A stretch of DNA of 64,000 bases from Selaginella moellendorffii (taxonomy: Eukaryota; Plantae; Lycopodiophyta): contig NW_003314272.1 in the NCBI RefSeq assembly GCF_000143415.4, positions 2,567,728 to 2,631,727 on the forward strand, in the 5' to 3' direction. Position 1 is the stretch's first letter, and each line of letters starts with the position of its first letter. Under the pieces are notes generated by a model. It was not told the DNA's origin, searched no databases, and saw nothing but the letters and a program-made list of their open reading frames with translations. A program made the translations under genes and the position numbers. Shown one piece after another: positions 11,135 through 22,641 of this stretch.

Positions 11135-13828
11135 ATGGCTCTCGCAAGGGGAGCCCTTACGCGTTGTGTCGGTGACTCCAATTTGAGGTTGAGAGCGCCG
11201 ACTGTGAGTCCAGCGATTAGATTGGTCGGTGGTGCTCTCCAAGTTCCAAAGTGTGGATTTCCATGTCTCCAAAGGTTTGGTTTTTTTCCTTTCTTTTCCT
11301 TGGTTTCTCCTTATACATTTCCTGTAGGCGCCAAGCTTCTCATGTAACGCATTTTACGCACGAGTTTGGACAGAACCATGTCCAAGTCGTGGAAGGCGAA
11401 TCCCCGCAGCCGGATGAATCACTGTCAGATGGTTTGCTATCAGAGCTTCAGGTGAATTATACTATAGCTTGCGAGACAAATCTAATGCTTTGGAATGCAG
11501 GTACAAACACTAGAAGAACAGGCGCGAATCTCTGCAACACCTGCTCATCCAGAGAGCTTGTTTGGTAAGCAACTCCTCCAAAATTTTGGAGTTTCTTGTT
11601 CCTGGTTTGGCTCGTGGCTTTTCCTCTCGCTTTAACTCTGGACCTGGGTGCCTCCTCTTGTTGGCCCCCAGCCATGTATGCAACTTATGTTGCTGCGTGC
11701 TTCATGGAGCGAGTATGGCGATTTGGACTGCCTGCTGTGATTTCTCTCCTATCCGATACGTTGTTGCCTGTGGCAATGCTCAGCTTTGTTGGCCAGGTAA
11801 TCCCAATGCTCATAGTGCTTTTTTTTGGCTCGTTGATTGTTTGCATACCAGCTCTGTATGGGATACACTTTCTTTCCTGCCTACTGGAGCACGCTTGGCA
11901 CTTTGCTCTTCCTGCGGTTATCGCAATTCTGCACCGCAGCTTCCTCCCCGTGGCTGCGGAGAATTTCGTAAGCCAGGTAGTTTTTATAAGTTTGATCCCA
12001 CCATGTGTTTTCTTTTCTTTTACGTACAAGCATTGTGTGTTTAAAGCCCGTAAGTTTTCGTCACTTCACTAACGCTACTTTGGACACTGCTTGCAGCTGG
12101 TCATCTTCGTCGGTGGCCCTTGCGTAGGAGCGTTCATGGATTCCATGCCAAGGCCTGCATCGTTTAACTTTCTAAGCATTGTTCAGGTATGCACGCGTAT
12201 TGTGGATTTATTCGTATGAAACCTTCGTATTTGCAGACTTTCTCCATGGTCGTCTCTGCTGCCGTGGTAGTTTTCGCCCTTCGTGGTGGAGCAGCAACAG
12301 CGTCCACAACTGGACTTCTCCTGAAACCTTGGTTCATCATTTTGATGACCTTCGGTGCGTTGGAGCGGCTGGCTGGCCTCGCATGCGGCGTTGCTTTCGA
12401 AAGGGACTGGGTCGTTCAGGTAATTTCCAGTCTCATTCAAGAAAACTGCTCGATATCTCAATCACGATTTTGCTCGGTTTTGCAGCTCGCAGGATCAAAT
12501 CGGTCTCTGGCTTTAGCAAATGCAAATGCGATACTGAGAAGAGTTGATCTAGTCTGCGAGGTATAATAATGTTCTCTTTCGTGACTTTTCAATGCTGAAG
12601 CTTTCTTGATTTTCAGATAGCTGGTCCGCTTCTGTTTGGAATATTGTTGTCGAGGTATACTCCTGTCAAATGCATTTGCATTGCCGCGGTAGCAATGGTT
12701 ACATCTCTTCCTCTCCTGGTAAGGTAAAATCTTTGAACTTTTGGTTCTTATCAATGTTATTACAGATATATCTTGTTCATTGTACATATAAGCTTTCGAA
12801 AGGGGTACTAGATCGCCCCAAAACGCGTAACTGGACCGAGTCCAAAGGATATCAAGATCAATCATGTAAGGCTGCCTTGAATTTCTACTGCCGTCTAGAT
12901 AACTAACTGTTGTCTTCTTTTTTTTTCATATTGTCCAGCCGAGGAAGGCTTTCGTGCCATCAAGCGTGGATGGATTCAATACTTGTCACAACCAATTCTT
13001 CCAGCAAGTGTCGCTTACGTTCTCTTATACTTCAATGCGGTCCTTGGGCCTGGAAGCCTCATGACGTCTTTCCTAACGCAGCAAGGTAAAGCTTTACACA
13101 AAGTCTCGCTCTCTTAAAAAATTGTTTTGCCTAGGACTGAACCCGTCGATCATTGGAAGCTTTCGCGGGATGTGTGCACTGATGGGTTTCGTCGCCACAT
13201 TCGTCTCTTCTGCAGTGATAGGAAAGCTCGGGGTGCTCAAAGTAAGTAAGCTCGATTGAGTTTTGCAAACATTGCTTAGATGTTTCCACCTCGCAGGCGG
13301 GATTGACTGCTTTGGTATTCCAAGCCGGGCTGCTTGCTCTGGCTGTTGCTGTCTACTGGAGCACTCAAGTGAAACATCAGGCTGCCCTCATCACATTCTT
13401 GGTTTTGATAGTAAGCTCTCCTTTTTTCGTGTTTTTTTTTCGCTCTGCTAAAGATTTCTTCTCGGTGTCTGCAGGTAGTTTCAAGGCTGGGCTTCTGGGT
13501 CTACGATATGGTGGATGCGCAAGTCTTTCAGACAGCGGTGCCAATCTCGCAGGCCAACCTGGTAGGAACCACGGAGGTATCGCTAGCGAGCCTCGCAGAG
13601 CTGGTGATGATGGGAGTGGCCATCGTTGCGAGCGAGGTGAATCATTTTGGTGGCCTCTCGGCGCTGTCGATGGTGGCGGTCGTAGGGGCTGCTGCCATCT
13701 ACTGGAGATGGCTCGCAAATCCAAGCCCAGAACAGGCTCGATTGTTTCCGGGTAGCAGGGACCAAAATCTAGTTGAAACTTCGCCACAAGTTTGCGACGA
13801 AGTGACCATTGAAGCTTATGAAGCTTAA
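11135..13828 (+). CDS. FPN3: Ferroportin/SLC40 family transporter, plastid type (IREG3/FPN3/MAR1-like), multi-exon
   Basis: Transit-peptide-like first exon. Exon peptides [116 protein letters not shown]. Short GT-AG introns. Confidence 0.9.
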
Positions 13829-14988
13829 ATTCTTTTTTTGCTTTTCTTTTCTTTACTCTCATGTAAGCCGAAAAGAACGAGCTTTTGTTATTCCAGGAGG
13901 GATGTGCACCATCGACTGTAAGATTCTGGCAGGGAGGGAGAGAATGCTGGGGTGGAGCTTTCAAGCTTTGCTGCTCTTGAAGCTTGTTTGGATACACTTC
14001 TTCAGCCTAGATATATTAAATATGTTTTAAAAAAAAATCTCCAAATCCATGCGATGGAAAGGCTTAACTGCGCAAGTGGCGCAATTTGATTGGGATGTGG
14101 GGCTTGTGGTTGCCATCCTAGCGGTGGAGCCACAAGACAATAACCAACGTAAATCATTATCTATTTTCAAGGCTGATTCATGTTTACATTTTACTCGACA
14201 TTCTACATGGTTATTATGTCCAAAAATTGATAGAACTTCCAGTGTTCTATAACTCCATGGTACACTGTTGTCTAATTTCGTACACAAAAACGCGTACGGA
14301 ATTAGTCGCGCGCTCTGGCTATTTGTGTGTCCAACAATACAACCAAAATCTTCATAGAGTTATCACTAATCTACATCAAACCATGGATGGAGAGAACTTG
14401 TGTTCATGGTGTCCATCTCTGATTGAGCTCTCTCCTTTAGTTCCTTCTCTTGTGAGGTGGCTTTCGGTTTTGTCCCCAAGCCCAACTGTGACTATCCAAG
14501 GTTTGTACAGATGTTTGTATGCATGGAGACTTTTCAGATGTGGCATTCGTATCCGTTAGCTCCGCTCCATTCATCCAAGCACAATAACTCCCAGAGGTAG
14601 GTGGTGGATTTTGATTGAGCTGTTTCATGAATGCTGCGCATTTGTTGGGCATGGTCACATGCTCAAGGCCCAGATTTCTCAATGGCATGACCATTTGGGG
14701 GGGGGAATTAAATCTTTTCTCGTTTGCTTACCAGTATACGTGTGAGGCACGCGTATGGACTGCTCCCTATGTTCGCATATGTATGGACGGGAATCCAGCG
14801 GCCCTGAAAGCCATGGTGCGTATGTTTTAATGGGCGCGGCGCCTGCGTGGCCTCATGTCAAAGGCGGTCACGGTAGCCGGCTAGCGTAGTGAAACGAGAG
14901 CTCAAAGAACGAACATATCGAGTATAAGAAGAGAACCGCTTCCTTTGGTTTCTCTGGTTCTCGCTCTTTCGGTTTGTTCTGCTCGGTC

Positions 14989-15953
14989 ATGCCTCGCTCC
15001 AATCCTGTTCGATCGTCCAGGGCAGCACGGGCACCTGGCATTGCGGCGCCACCGCAACCCAATCGCCGCCGCCCGCCGGCCCATATACTTCGTACCGAGT
15101 CCTCGTCGAATGAGTTACTCGCCGTGGAGGTACTTGCGAGGGGATTCCAGCTTTCTCCAGGAGATTTCGCGGCCCCGGATGAAGATCCCAACATCAAGGA
15201 CACGCGGCGCAGGCGTTCAGCGCGCAAGGGTATGGCCGTCACCTCTATATTCTCTCCTGCTGCCCATGATCCAGCAGCTCCTTCCCTTGCGGCCGCATTC
15301 ACATTGCCCCCGGTAGCTTCAGCAGGTTCGTTGGCGCCAAGAACAAAGCGACGTCGTCTAGCACCGCCATCACCAGCGATGGTGGGTGGTCAAGATCATC
15401 ATCCGATGATCGCCGAGAAAAAGAAAGCCACCTCCATGGTCACTCGGGCCGCAACTTCTACGATCAAGACTTCGTCTTGCAGCTCGAGCTCAAAGATCAA
15501 AAGGTCTAGTTGTGCGAAGAGGGAGATCACCGCTCGACCATCCAAGAAAGAAGAAACGAGAAAGAAGAGGAAGACGCCGACGTGCGCGAGGAGATACGCT
15601 AAAAAGTCGTCCCGCTACGTTGGAGTCTCGTACTACAAGCGAATCGAGCGTTGGGAGACGCATATTTGGTGAGTATGTTCTTCCTTACAATTATTTTTTC
15701 AAATGAAAGATCTTCAACAATCATGCTGATTTTTAATTTATCGTGGTGATCAGGGGTACGAGTAAAGGCAAGCAAATATACGTTGGTTCATGCAGCAATG
15801 AGGAAGCCGGAGCCAGGTTAATTTGTTTTTCTCCTTCTTCTTAAAGATGTTCACTCACAGGATTTATGAATTATGACCGAGCTTACATCAAGTTCCGTGG
15901 CCAAAACTGCCCAAACTTTCCCTACTCGGATTACGTGCACGAGATCCCCCAGG
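14989..15953 (+). pseudogene. Divergent AP2-domain transcription factor with frameshift
   Basis: Exons give KKSSRYVGVSYYKRIERWETHIW | GTSKGKQIYVGSCSNEEAGAR | IYDRAYIKFRGQNCPNFP. A 7-nt duplication (TTTATGA ATTATGA, about 15863-15876) shifts the frame in exon 3 and creates a stop. Confidence 0.75.
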
Positions 15954-16569
15954 TATGATCATATTAACGTTTCTACTTTGGCAAGATTTAAACACTTGGA
16001 TTTTCTCTGCGGGGTTTGGGCCCTTCGTTCTTATTAGAACAATCTTTAATTTATAGTAATGAGGTGGCATGCAAATCCAAATAAGCAAATGATCTAGCAT
16101 CTTTGTGATGTATATCTTGCAATCATCGCATTCCACGACATTACATCTCTGGACAAGCTTGAGTCGAGGACTTTCTAGGATCGCTTCGGCTGATGCATTT
16201 CCATACTATTTATGAGTTTGACTTGCGTATTTTCCAAAAGACAAAACCAAAGGTCACTTCACCAGAGAAGGGAGCAAAGGATTGAGCTCTCTCCTTTGTA
16301 CATACAGCTCAAAAAGTTGTATATAGTCTTATAGATCATATCGTTGTCCAGGAAATCACATTCCTGTTCGAATCGAATAGATTTCACACCAATTCAAGAT
16401 TGCCTAATTGTATGGTAGAATGCCCGTTGCGGGATACGCCCCCAGCAGCAGATTCCACGAGAATAGACGATCGAATTGAAGGCGGTGCTTTAATACGCCC
16501 TCCACACTGCCGTGCTTAAGAGATCCACGACAAAGGTCTCGTCCTTTGCTCTTTTCTCGCTGCTGCTCG

Positions 16570-17350
16570 AGGAAACTTTGGTGAATGCTCAAGAACTTCT
16601 TGAATAAACCAAGGAAACAAACATGTTTTTTTACTTGTCTTACCTTTTAAGTAGGCTTTAAAACAAATTGTATGTATGAGTTCTCTTGTTCTTCCTATTG
16701 ATTTACATGTTTGAGTGGACTTTTCGATGGAATGCTACCAACGAGTCGGTCCAGCTCTATCACTTGGCCAAGTTTCTCGCTTAGTTTCTCGTTGGTTCCA
16801 ATGTGCAATTTCATTTTGGAGAGATCTAAAGGCTCTGGCTCATGGAAGACACTGTCCTTTTCTGATGCGGCAAGGTAAGCTTTACGATTCCCTCGGCCCT
16901 CTCTCTTCGCTCAGCAGGACGTCGAGAAACTCGGGGTGCTCTTGAAAGTAAGCTCTCCATTGATTTTGCAAAACGCTTGTTTGAATCTTTCGTGCATTGT
17001 AGGCGGGATTGACTGCTTTGATGTTCCAAGCGGGGTTGCTTGCTCTGGCAGTCGTGGTCTAATTGATCAGTCAAGTGACGCCCTCATCGCTCTTGTCTCT
17101 TGTTTTTTGTTCTTGGCAGACAGCTAGCTAAAGGTAGCATTTTTTCTCTCTCCAGCGGCCAGGCTTCTGGGCATGGTGGACGCACATCCTTCCAGACGGC
17201 AGTTCCAATCTCACTGGCCCTCGCAGAGCTGGTGATGATGGGAGTGGCCATCGTTGGGCGCCACCTTCTTGGCTCTGTCTCGTGGAGGCCGGCGGCATCT
17301 ATTGGCGATTCTTCTCAGGTGAAGTTGAACCTTCGCCACAATTTTTGTAA
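16570..17350 (+). pseudogene. Deleted partial duplicate of the FPN3 upstream region and 3' exons
   Basis: AGGCGGGATTGACTGCTTTG at 17001 matches 13294. TCGCAGAGCTGGTGATGATGGGAGTGGCCATCGTTG at 17221 matches about 13593. 16750-16840 matches 10670-10750. Confidence 0.85.
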
Positions 17351-17537
17351 GGATATCCTACAGTTTTGGAATGTCAAAAACTTCCAATTTGAACGTTCAT
17401 GAGGAGTGTTTCAAGTTGATAACTTCTGTGCCGGCAAGGGATGACGTTGCTTGGGTTCCATGCATCACTTATACCCCACAGCTCCGCTCGAAAGGCCAGA
17501 GCCAGCCTCTCGAATTCTAGAGCTCCCTCCCGCGCAA

Positions 17538-19087
17538 ATGGGGGTTTACGTCTTGAGTACCATCGCCATTGCCATCGCGATCTTTCTCTGGAAGTTGAGC
17601 GTTCGCCCAAAGCTTCGGCTGCCCCCGTCTCCATTGGGGATTCCGCTCATCGGACACTTGGCTCATCTCGCTGGGAAGGACGCCCACATCACTCTCCAGA
17701 GGCTCTCCAACAAGCTGGGACCGATCCTCTTCTTGAGGCTGGGATGGACCCATGCGATCGTCGTGTCGAGCGCGGAGATGGCGAGGGAGGTTCTCCACAC
17801 GCAAGACGTGGCGTTTGCTTCCAGGCCCTACATGGTTGCTGGAGAGCATCTGGGCTACAACTTCCGGATCGTGGGGATCGCCCCATACGGCGAGCACTGG
17901 AGGAACATGAGGAAGCTGTGCACGCTCCAGCTCTTCACAAGCAAGCGCATGGCTTCTTTTGCGAGCGTGAGGGCCGCCGAGGTCTCGCTTTTGCTGTCCG
18001 CAGTGGCTCGCGAGAGCTCGGAGAACGGCGTCGTGGACGTGAGGAAGCTCGTCTCCATCTTCATCTTCAACATCATCACACAGATCCTGATGAGCAAGAG
18101 GTTTCTCGGGACCGGCGATTGCGAAGAGTCGAGAGAGTTTAAAGAGATAGTTGCCGGCATCGTTGACGTTACTCTACAGTTCCACATCGCGGACTTTGTG
18201 CCCGAGAGACTGCGATGGATCGACTGGACAGTCCCACAGCTCAAGAGGCTGGCCGCGAAGATGGACAAGTTCTTCCAGAGAATAGTTGACGAGCACAAAG
18301 CCGCGCGTTTGCAGGCCAACGCGGTGGAAGACTTCACACACATCATGCTCACGAACTACGCAGACGACGAAGAGCTTGTCAAAGCAATGGTGCAAGTAAG
18401 CCATGGAAGTCCCCTCTTCTCTCTCTACTGGACTAATCGATTCCATTATCGCAATCGCAGGAAATGCTCAATGGTGGCACCCACACCACCTCCGCGACGA
18501 TCGAGTGGGCTGTCACGGAGACGATCCGCCACCCAAGAATATTGGAGAAGGCCCAGCAAGAACTCGAGGCAGTCGTGGGTTTGCACCGGCGAGTGGAGGA
18601 ATCCGATCTGGAGAAGCTCCCATACCTCCAGTGCATCGTCAAGGAGACGCTCCGGCGACACCCTCCAGCCCCGCTGCTCGTCCCTCACATGTCTACACAG
18701 GCATGCAAAGTTGGTGGCTATGACGTACCCAAAGGCACCACCGTCTTTGTCAACGCTTACGCAATCGGAATGGACCAAAGCTACTGGGAGAATCCACTCG
18801 AGTTTCTCCCGGAGAGATTCGCCGGGACGGCCGTGGACGTCCGGGGGCAGGATTTCGAGCTTCTTCCATTTGGATCTGGGCGGAGGTCGTGCCCCGCCAT
18901 GACGATGGGTCTCAAGACGGCTCAGCTCGCGGTCTCGAGCTTGTTCCACGCGTTCGACTGGAGCGCAGAAATCCCGAGAGCTGTCAAGGATCTCACGACC
19001 GATGAAGGCTTTTGCTCTCCTCTCTGGCCAGAGACCCCACTGCTCAAGGCTGTTGCTACTCCAAAACTCTCCAAAGATGCATACTAG
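17538..19087 (+). CDS. Cytochrome P450, CYP71 clan (A-type), two exons (17538..18395, 18461..19087)
   Basis: N-terminal TM and LPPSP hinge, WRNMR, ETLR, PERF and heme motif PFGSGRRSCPA. Single conserved intron before the I-helix. Confidence 0.95.
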
Positions 19088-19149
19088 TCGCCTGTGACTT
19101 TGCGAGCCTTCGTATGTGCCATCTACAAGAAATAGAAAGTTACCACTTC

Positions 19150-19246
19150 GACTTGGAACGAGAAAGACAATAAAAATCAAAACTTGATTCACGATATACT
19201 CACTTCTTGAAGACCCAGGCTTCTCTCGCGTTCCTCGGTGCAGGCC
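19150..19246 (-). pseudogene. Short NSE4 intron/exon relic
   Basis: AAAAATCAAAACTTGATTCACGA..ATACTCACTTCTTGA..CCCAGGCTTCTCTCG..CCTCGGTGCAGGCC matches NSE4 at about 35570-35700. Confidence 0.75.
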
Positions 19247-19640
19247 CGCGAGAGCTCGTCGTGGACGTGAGGAAGCTCGTATCCATCTACATCTTCAACA
19301 TCATCACACATATCTTGGTGTTTCTCGGGACTGGCGATTGCGAACAGTCGAGAGAGTTCAAAGAGATCGTTGCCGGCATCGTTGACGTTGCTCTCTTCCA
19401 CATGGCAGACTTCTTGCCAGAGGCTGATCAGAGGCTGATCATGAAGACCACCTCCACGACAAAACAACGATCAACAACAATCGACTGGACAGTCAAGGCT
19501 GGCCGCAAAGAAGGACAATATCTTCCAAGCAATAGTTGATGAGCACAAAGCCACGAGTTTGCAAGCCAACTGGAAAACTTCACAGACATCATGCTCACGA
19601 ACTACACAGACGACGAAGAGCTTGTCAAAGGGGCAAGTAA
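19247..19640 (+). pseudogene. Partial tandem duplicate of P450 exon 1 3' half
   Basis: VVDVRKLVSIYIFNIITH..FLGTGDCEQSREFKEIVAGIVDV and MLTNYTDDEELVK repeat 18030-18395 with indels. Confidence 0.9.
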
Positions 19641-19803
19641 GCCTTCAGGCCCGATTCTATTCCTGCGATGGCAGGAGCTGCTCAAGAACAAAACTTACTT
19701 GTTTAGTCATCAGCTACGTATGGTCATTGACTTCGTTCCTAGCGATCCTGTCACAGACAAGAATGTACTGGATTACATTAGTGAATGGACAAGCAAGAGA
19801 CAC

Positions 19804-20892
19804 TTACATACTCTTCTTCTGCTCGTACCAGTCGATGAAACGCGCCATTCCAGACTGGAAAGAAGTGAACTTTCCAAGTGCGTAGAGGTGTGAAGGAGGT
19901 ACATACTCTACCTCCCACGGCGGCGGATTTGCATCCTCAACCTCGACGAGTTTTGCTTTCTTCCCCGAGATTTTCGTCACCACTCGAACTACGTCCTTGA
20001 ACGATAAAGCTGGCGTTGGAGTGCCGATGTCCACGACGGTAACAGCACCAACGACATGTGTGAAGTCGAGAATCATCTTGATCATAACCGCCACTGCATC
20101 GTCGATGTAAATGTAGTTCTGCCTTCCTTTGCGTTGCTGCCACAGCTGGACGTCTTGGCCACTGGTGATATCCTCCACGAATTTGTAGTACGGGTAATCG
20201 GTTCGTCCAAACTCTCCGTAGACTGTACTAAATCGCCACTCCACCACAGAAAACGGTAACAGGACAGACTTGGCTGCAGCAAGTAGCTCACCGGATCGAG
20301 AAGAAGGGATGTAGAACCGGTTCGGACTGGCGAAGAACGCTGACCTCACAGACCTGTCCGCAGTTGCGGCGTCAAGAATGGTCCCGAGAGTAAGCTGGTT
20401 GAGTGGAAGGCACCAAGGATGCTCCTGCTGAGTGAAGTCCACGATAGCATGGGGCCGTGCGAGCTTCACACCGCTGGTGGCGAGAGCCCACTTAGTCACA
20501 TTCCCATACAGGATGTGCATTCCAGCCCTCTCCAGCAGCTGTGCTCGCTCGTTGCGCTCGGCATCGATTCCTACCACCTCTATCTTTGGCCGAGTGTTGG
20601 CCAACAAGCCGAGGGACAATCTGTAGCCCAAGAAACCGCTCGCCCCAATTACGAGCACTCTAAACGGCTTCTCTTCTTCTTTCCTCTCCTGGAGTGTGAT
20701 CGAAAGCATGGCTATGAGCAGCGCAACCACAGCCAGGCAATAGAGGCTCGTCCTGATGAACTTGATACCTGGCTGCCTTGGGGTGTGTGGGTAGACCGCT
20801 GCCGGGCGAGAAAGAAGATTGATCGCCATCGCTCGCATCGCCGCTTCCAATCCGCGCATTGCCGTTGCCATCGCGCGGATTCCCGTGGCCAT
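19804..20892 (-). CDS. Membrane-anchored NAD-dependent epimerase/dehydratase (extended SDR, GAE-like), intronless
   Basis: TM segment, then VLVIGASGFLG Rossmann motif, WRFSTVYGEFGRTD, RQNYIYIDDAV. First ATG at 20892. Confidence 0.85.
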   Translation of the reverse strand: MATGIRAMATAMRGLEAAMRAMAINLLSRPAAVYPHTPRQPGIKFIRTSLYCLAVVALLIAMLSITLQERKEEEKPFRVLVIGASGFLGYRLSLGLLANTRPKIEVVGIDAERNERAQLLERAGMHILYGNVTKWALATSGVKLARPHAIVDFTQQEHPWCLPLNQLTLGTILDAATADRSVRSAFFASPNRFYIPSSRSGELLAAAKSVLLPFSVVEWRFSTVYGEFGRTDYPYYKFVEDITSGQDVQLWQQRKGRQNYIYIDDAVAVMIKMILDFTHVVGAVTVVDIGTPTPALSFKDVVRVVTKISGKKAKLVEVEDANPPPWEVEYVPPSHLYALGKFTSFQSGMARFIDWYEQKKSM

Positions 20893-21684
20893 CGTTCTGC
20901 TCCTAAGCCCTAAACCGCGGAACTTTAGGGCTCTTCGATTCCCGCCAATAGCTTTCGAAATTGGTTTAAACACTTTGATTTCAGTTGTGGAGTTATGATC
21001 GCAAGAAGCGGTAAATCTCCCATTGCATGTCACCGACGGTGTGGTGACAGCCAGAATCAATCCGAGAACTGAAAAACCAACACAACAACAACAACTATTT
21101 CCAAGGACCCACGAAGACCATCCTGTGTGGAGTTAGGGCATAACAAAGAAAAATCTGTCCATGGTATGGTTTCCGGAACATCAAGCAGCGCATTCTATTT
21201 TTGTTTTTGCAGACTACCACATTTGTGAACTTAAAGAAATTTACACTACACTATGATAGCTTGGCAAGCTTCCTGGGAAATGCAGCTTCAATGTAAGAGT
21301 TATGTCGTATAAAACCCGGTGCCGGCCTTTTCCGGGAGCTCGTGTGGCTACTAAGAGCTTCGAGTCTGGTCCTCGTCGATTAGCTAGCCACGTTTCATAG
21401 AACCCGCTACACTAAACCTTTGTGCTTTCCGGATCCACCAATATGTGGAAAAGAAATCAGAACAGATCAAAGTCCAGCATTCTAATCGCACAAAATCAGT
21501 AACAATGAAGGTCTTTTATGTCTTCTATTCCTCTCCAACCGGGTGAATCGTTGTGCCCGGCTATCAATAGACAAAAGACTGCGGATTAATATTTCAGTGT
21601 GATCAGTTATAATCTAAGAATGTCCATTTTAGTAGCTATTTATATGCCATATTTAGTCCTTTTGTTTCATTAGGGTTTAAAATT

Positions 21685-22641
21685 ATGTCTCCCAACACAG
21701 TGTTTCTTTGTGTCTTTGTCCTTGTTTTACTTGGTTGGCTGATCTTCCAGATGAGAAAGAAAAAAGAATATCGGGTTTTGATTGTGGGTGCAAGTGGGTT
21801 TCTTGGTAGCCAGCTTGCTTTGGGATTGGAGGCACACAAGCATCCCAATCTACGATTTCTGTTGACGGGCTTGGATGTGGAGCGTTCAGAGAGGACCCCT
21901 CTTCTTGAGAGCAAGGGTATTGAAGTGGTTTATGGAAGTGCTACAGATCCAGAGTTGGCCATGGCCGTGATAAGGAGTAAGAAGCCAAACATTGTGGTGG
22001 ATTTTACACAGCAAGAGCATAGTTGGAATTTGGAGGACAATGAGAGAACTATGAAGTCACTGCTTGATGCGGCATGCAGTGTTCCATCCATGCAAGGTTT
22101 CTTTTTTGCAAGCCCCAATCGCTTTTACATCCCTTCAAGCCGTTCTGCGGAGAAGTTAGTTGAATCTTTGGCACCAAAGCTACCATTTCCAGTTGTGGAA
22201 TGGAGGTTTAGTACAGTTTATGGGAGCTATGGTCGTCCAGATTTTCCCTATTACAAGTTTGTTGATCAGATATTGCATAAGACTGATGTTCCATTATGGG
22301 AGCAAAGAAAAGGGCGACAAAACTATATATACATTGATGATGCAGTAGCTGTGATGATCAATAGTATTCTATCAAGTCACAGCATGGGACAAGTGAATTT
22401 ATATGATATTGGGACGCCATGGCCACCTATTCCATTTAAAGGAGTGATTAAGGTTGTAGAAACGCTTACAAATCTTAAAGCTTGGATTGTTGAAATTGAG
22501 GATGAGAATCCAGGCCCTTATGAGATTGCATATGAGCCTCCTACAAATCTATTGCTTCTTAAATCTTACATTTCATTTGAGAAAGGTATGCATTCATTTA
22601 TAAAATGGTTTCAGGAGAATAAAATGGTTGAAAATGTATGA
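21685..22641 (+). CDS. Membrane-anchored NAD-dependent epimerase/dehydratase (paralog of 19804..20892), intronless
   Basis: N-terminal TM, VLIVGASGFLG, DFTQQEH, FFASPNRFYIPSSRS, WRFSTVYGSYGRPD, QRKGRQNYIYIDDAVAVMI. Confidence 0.88.
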   Translation: MSPNTVFLCVFVLVLLGWLIFQMRKKKEYRVLIVGASGFLGSQLALGLEAHKHPNLRFLLTGLDVERSERTPLLESKGIEVVYGSATDPELAMAVIRSKKPNIVVDFTQQEHSWNLEDNERTMKSLLDAACSVPSMQGFFFASPNRFYIPSSRSAEKLVESLAPKLPFPVVEWRFSTVYGSYGRPDFPYYKFVDQILHKTDVPLWEQRKGRQNYIYIDDAVAVMINSILSSHSMGQVNLYDIGTPWPPIPFKGVIKVVETLTNLKAWIVEIEDENPGPYEIAYEPPTNLLLLKSYISFEKGMHSFIKWFQENKMVENV

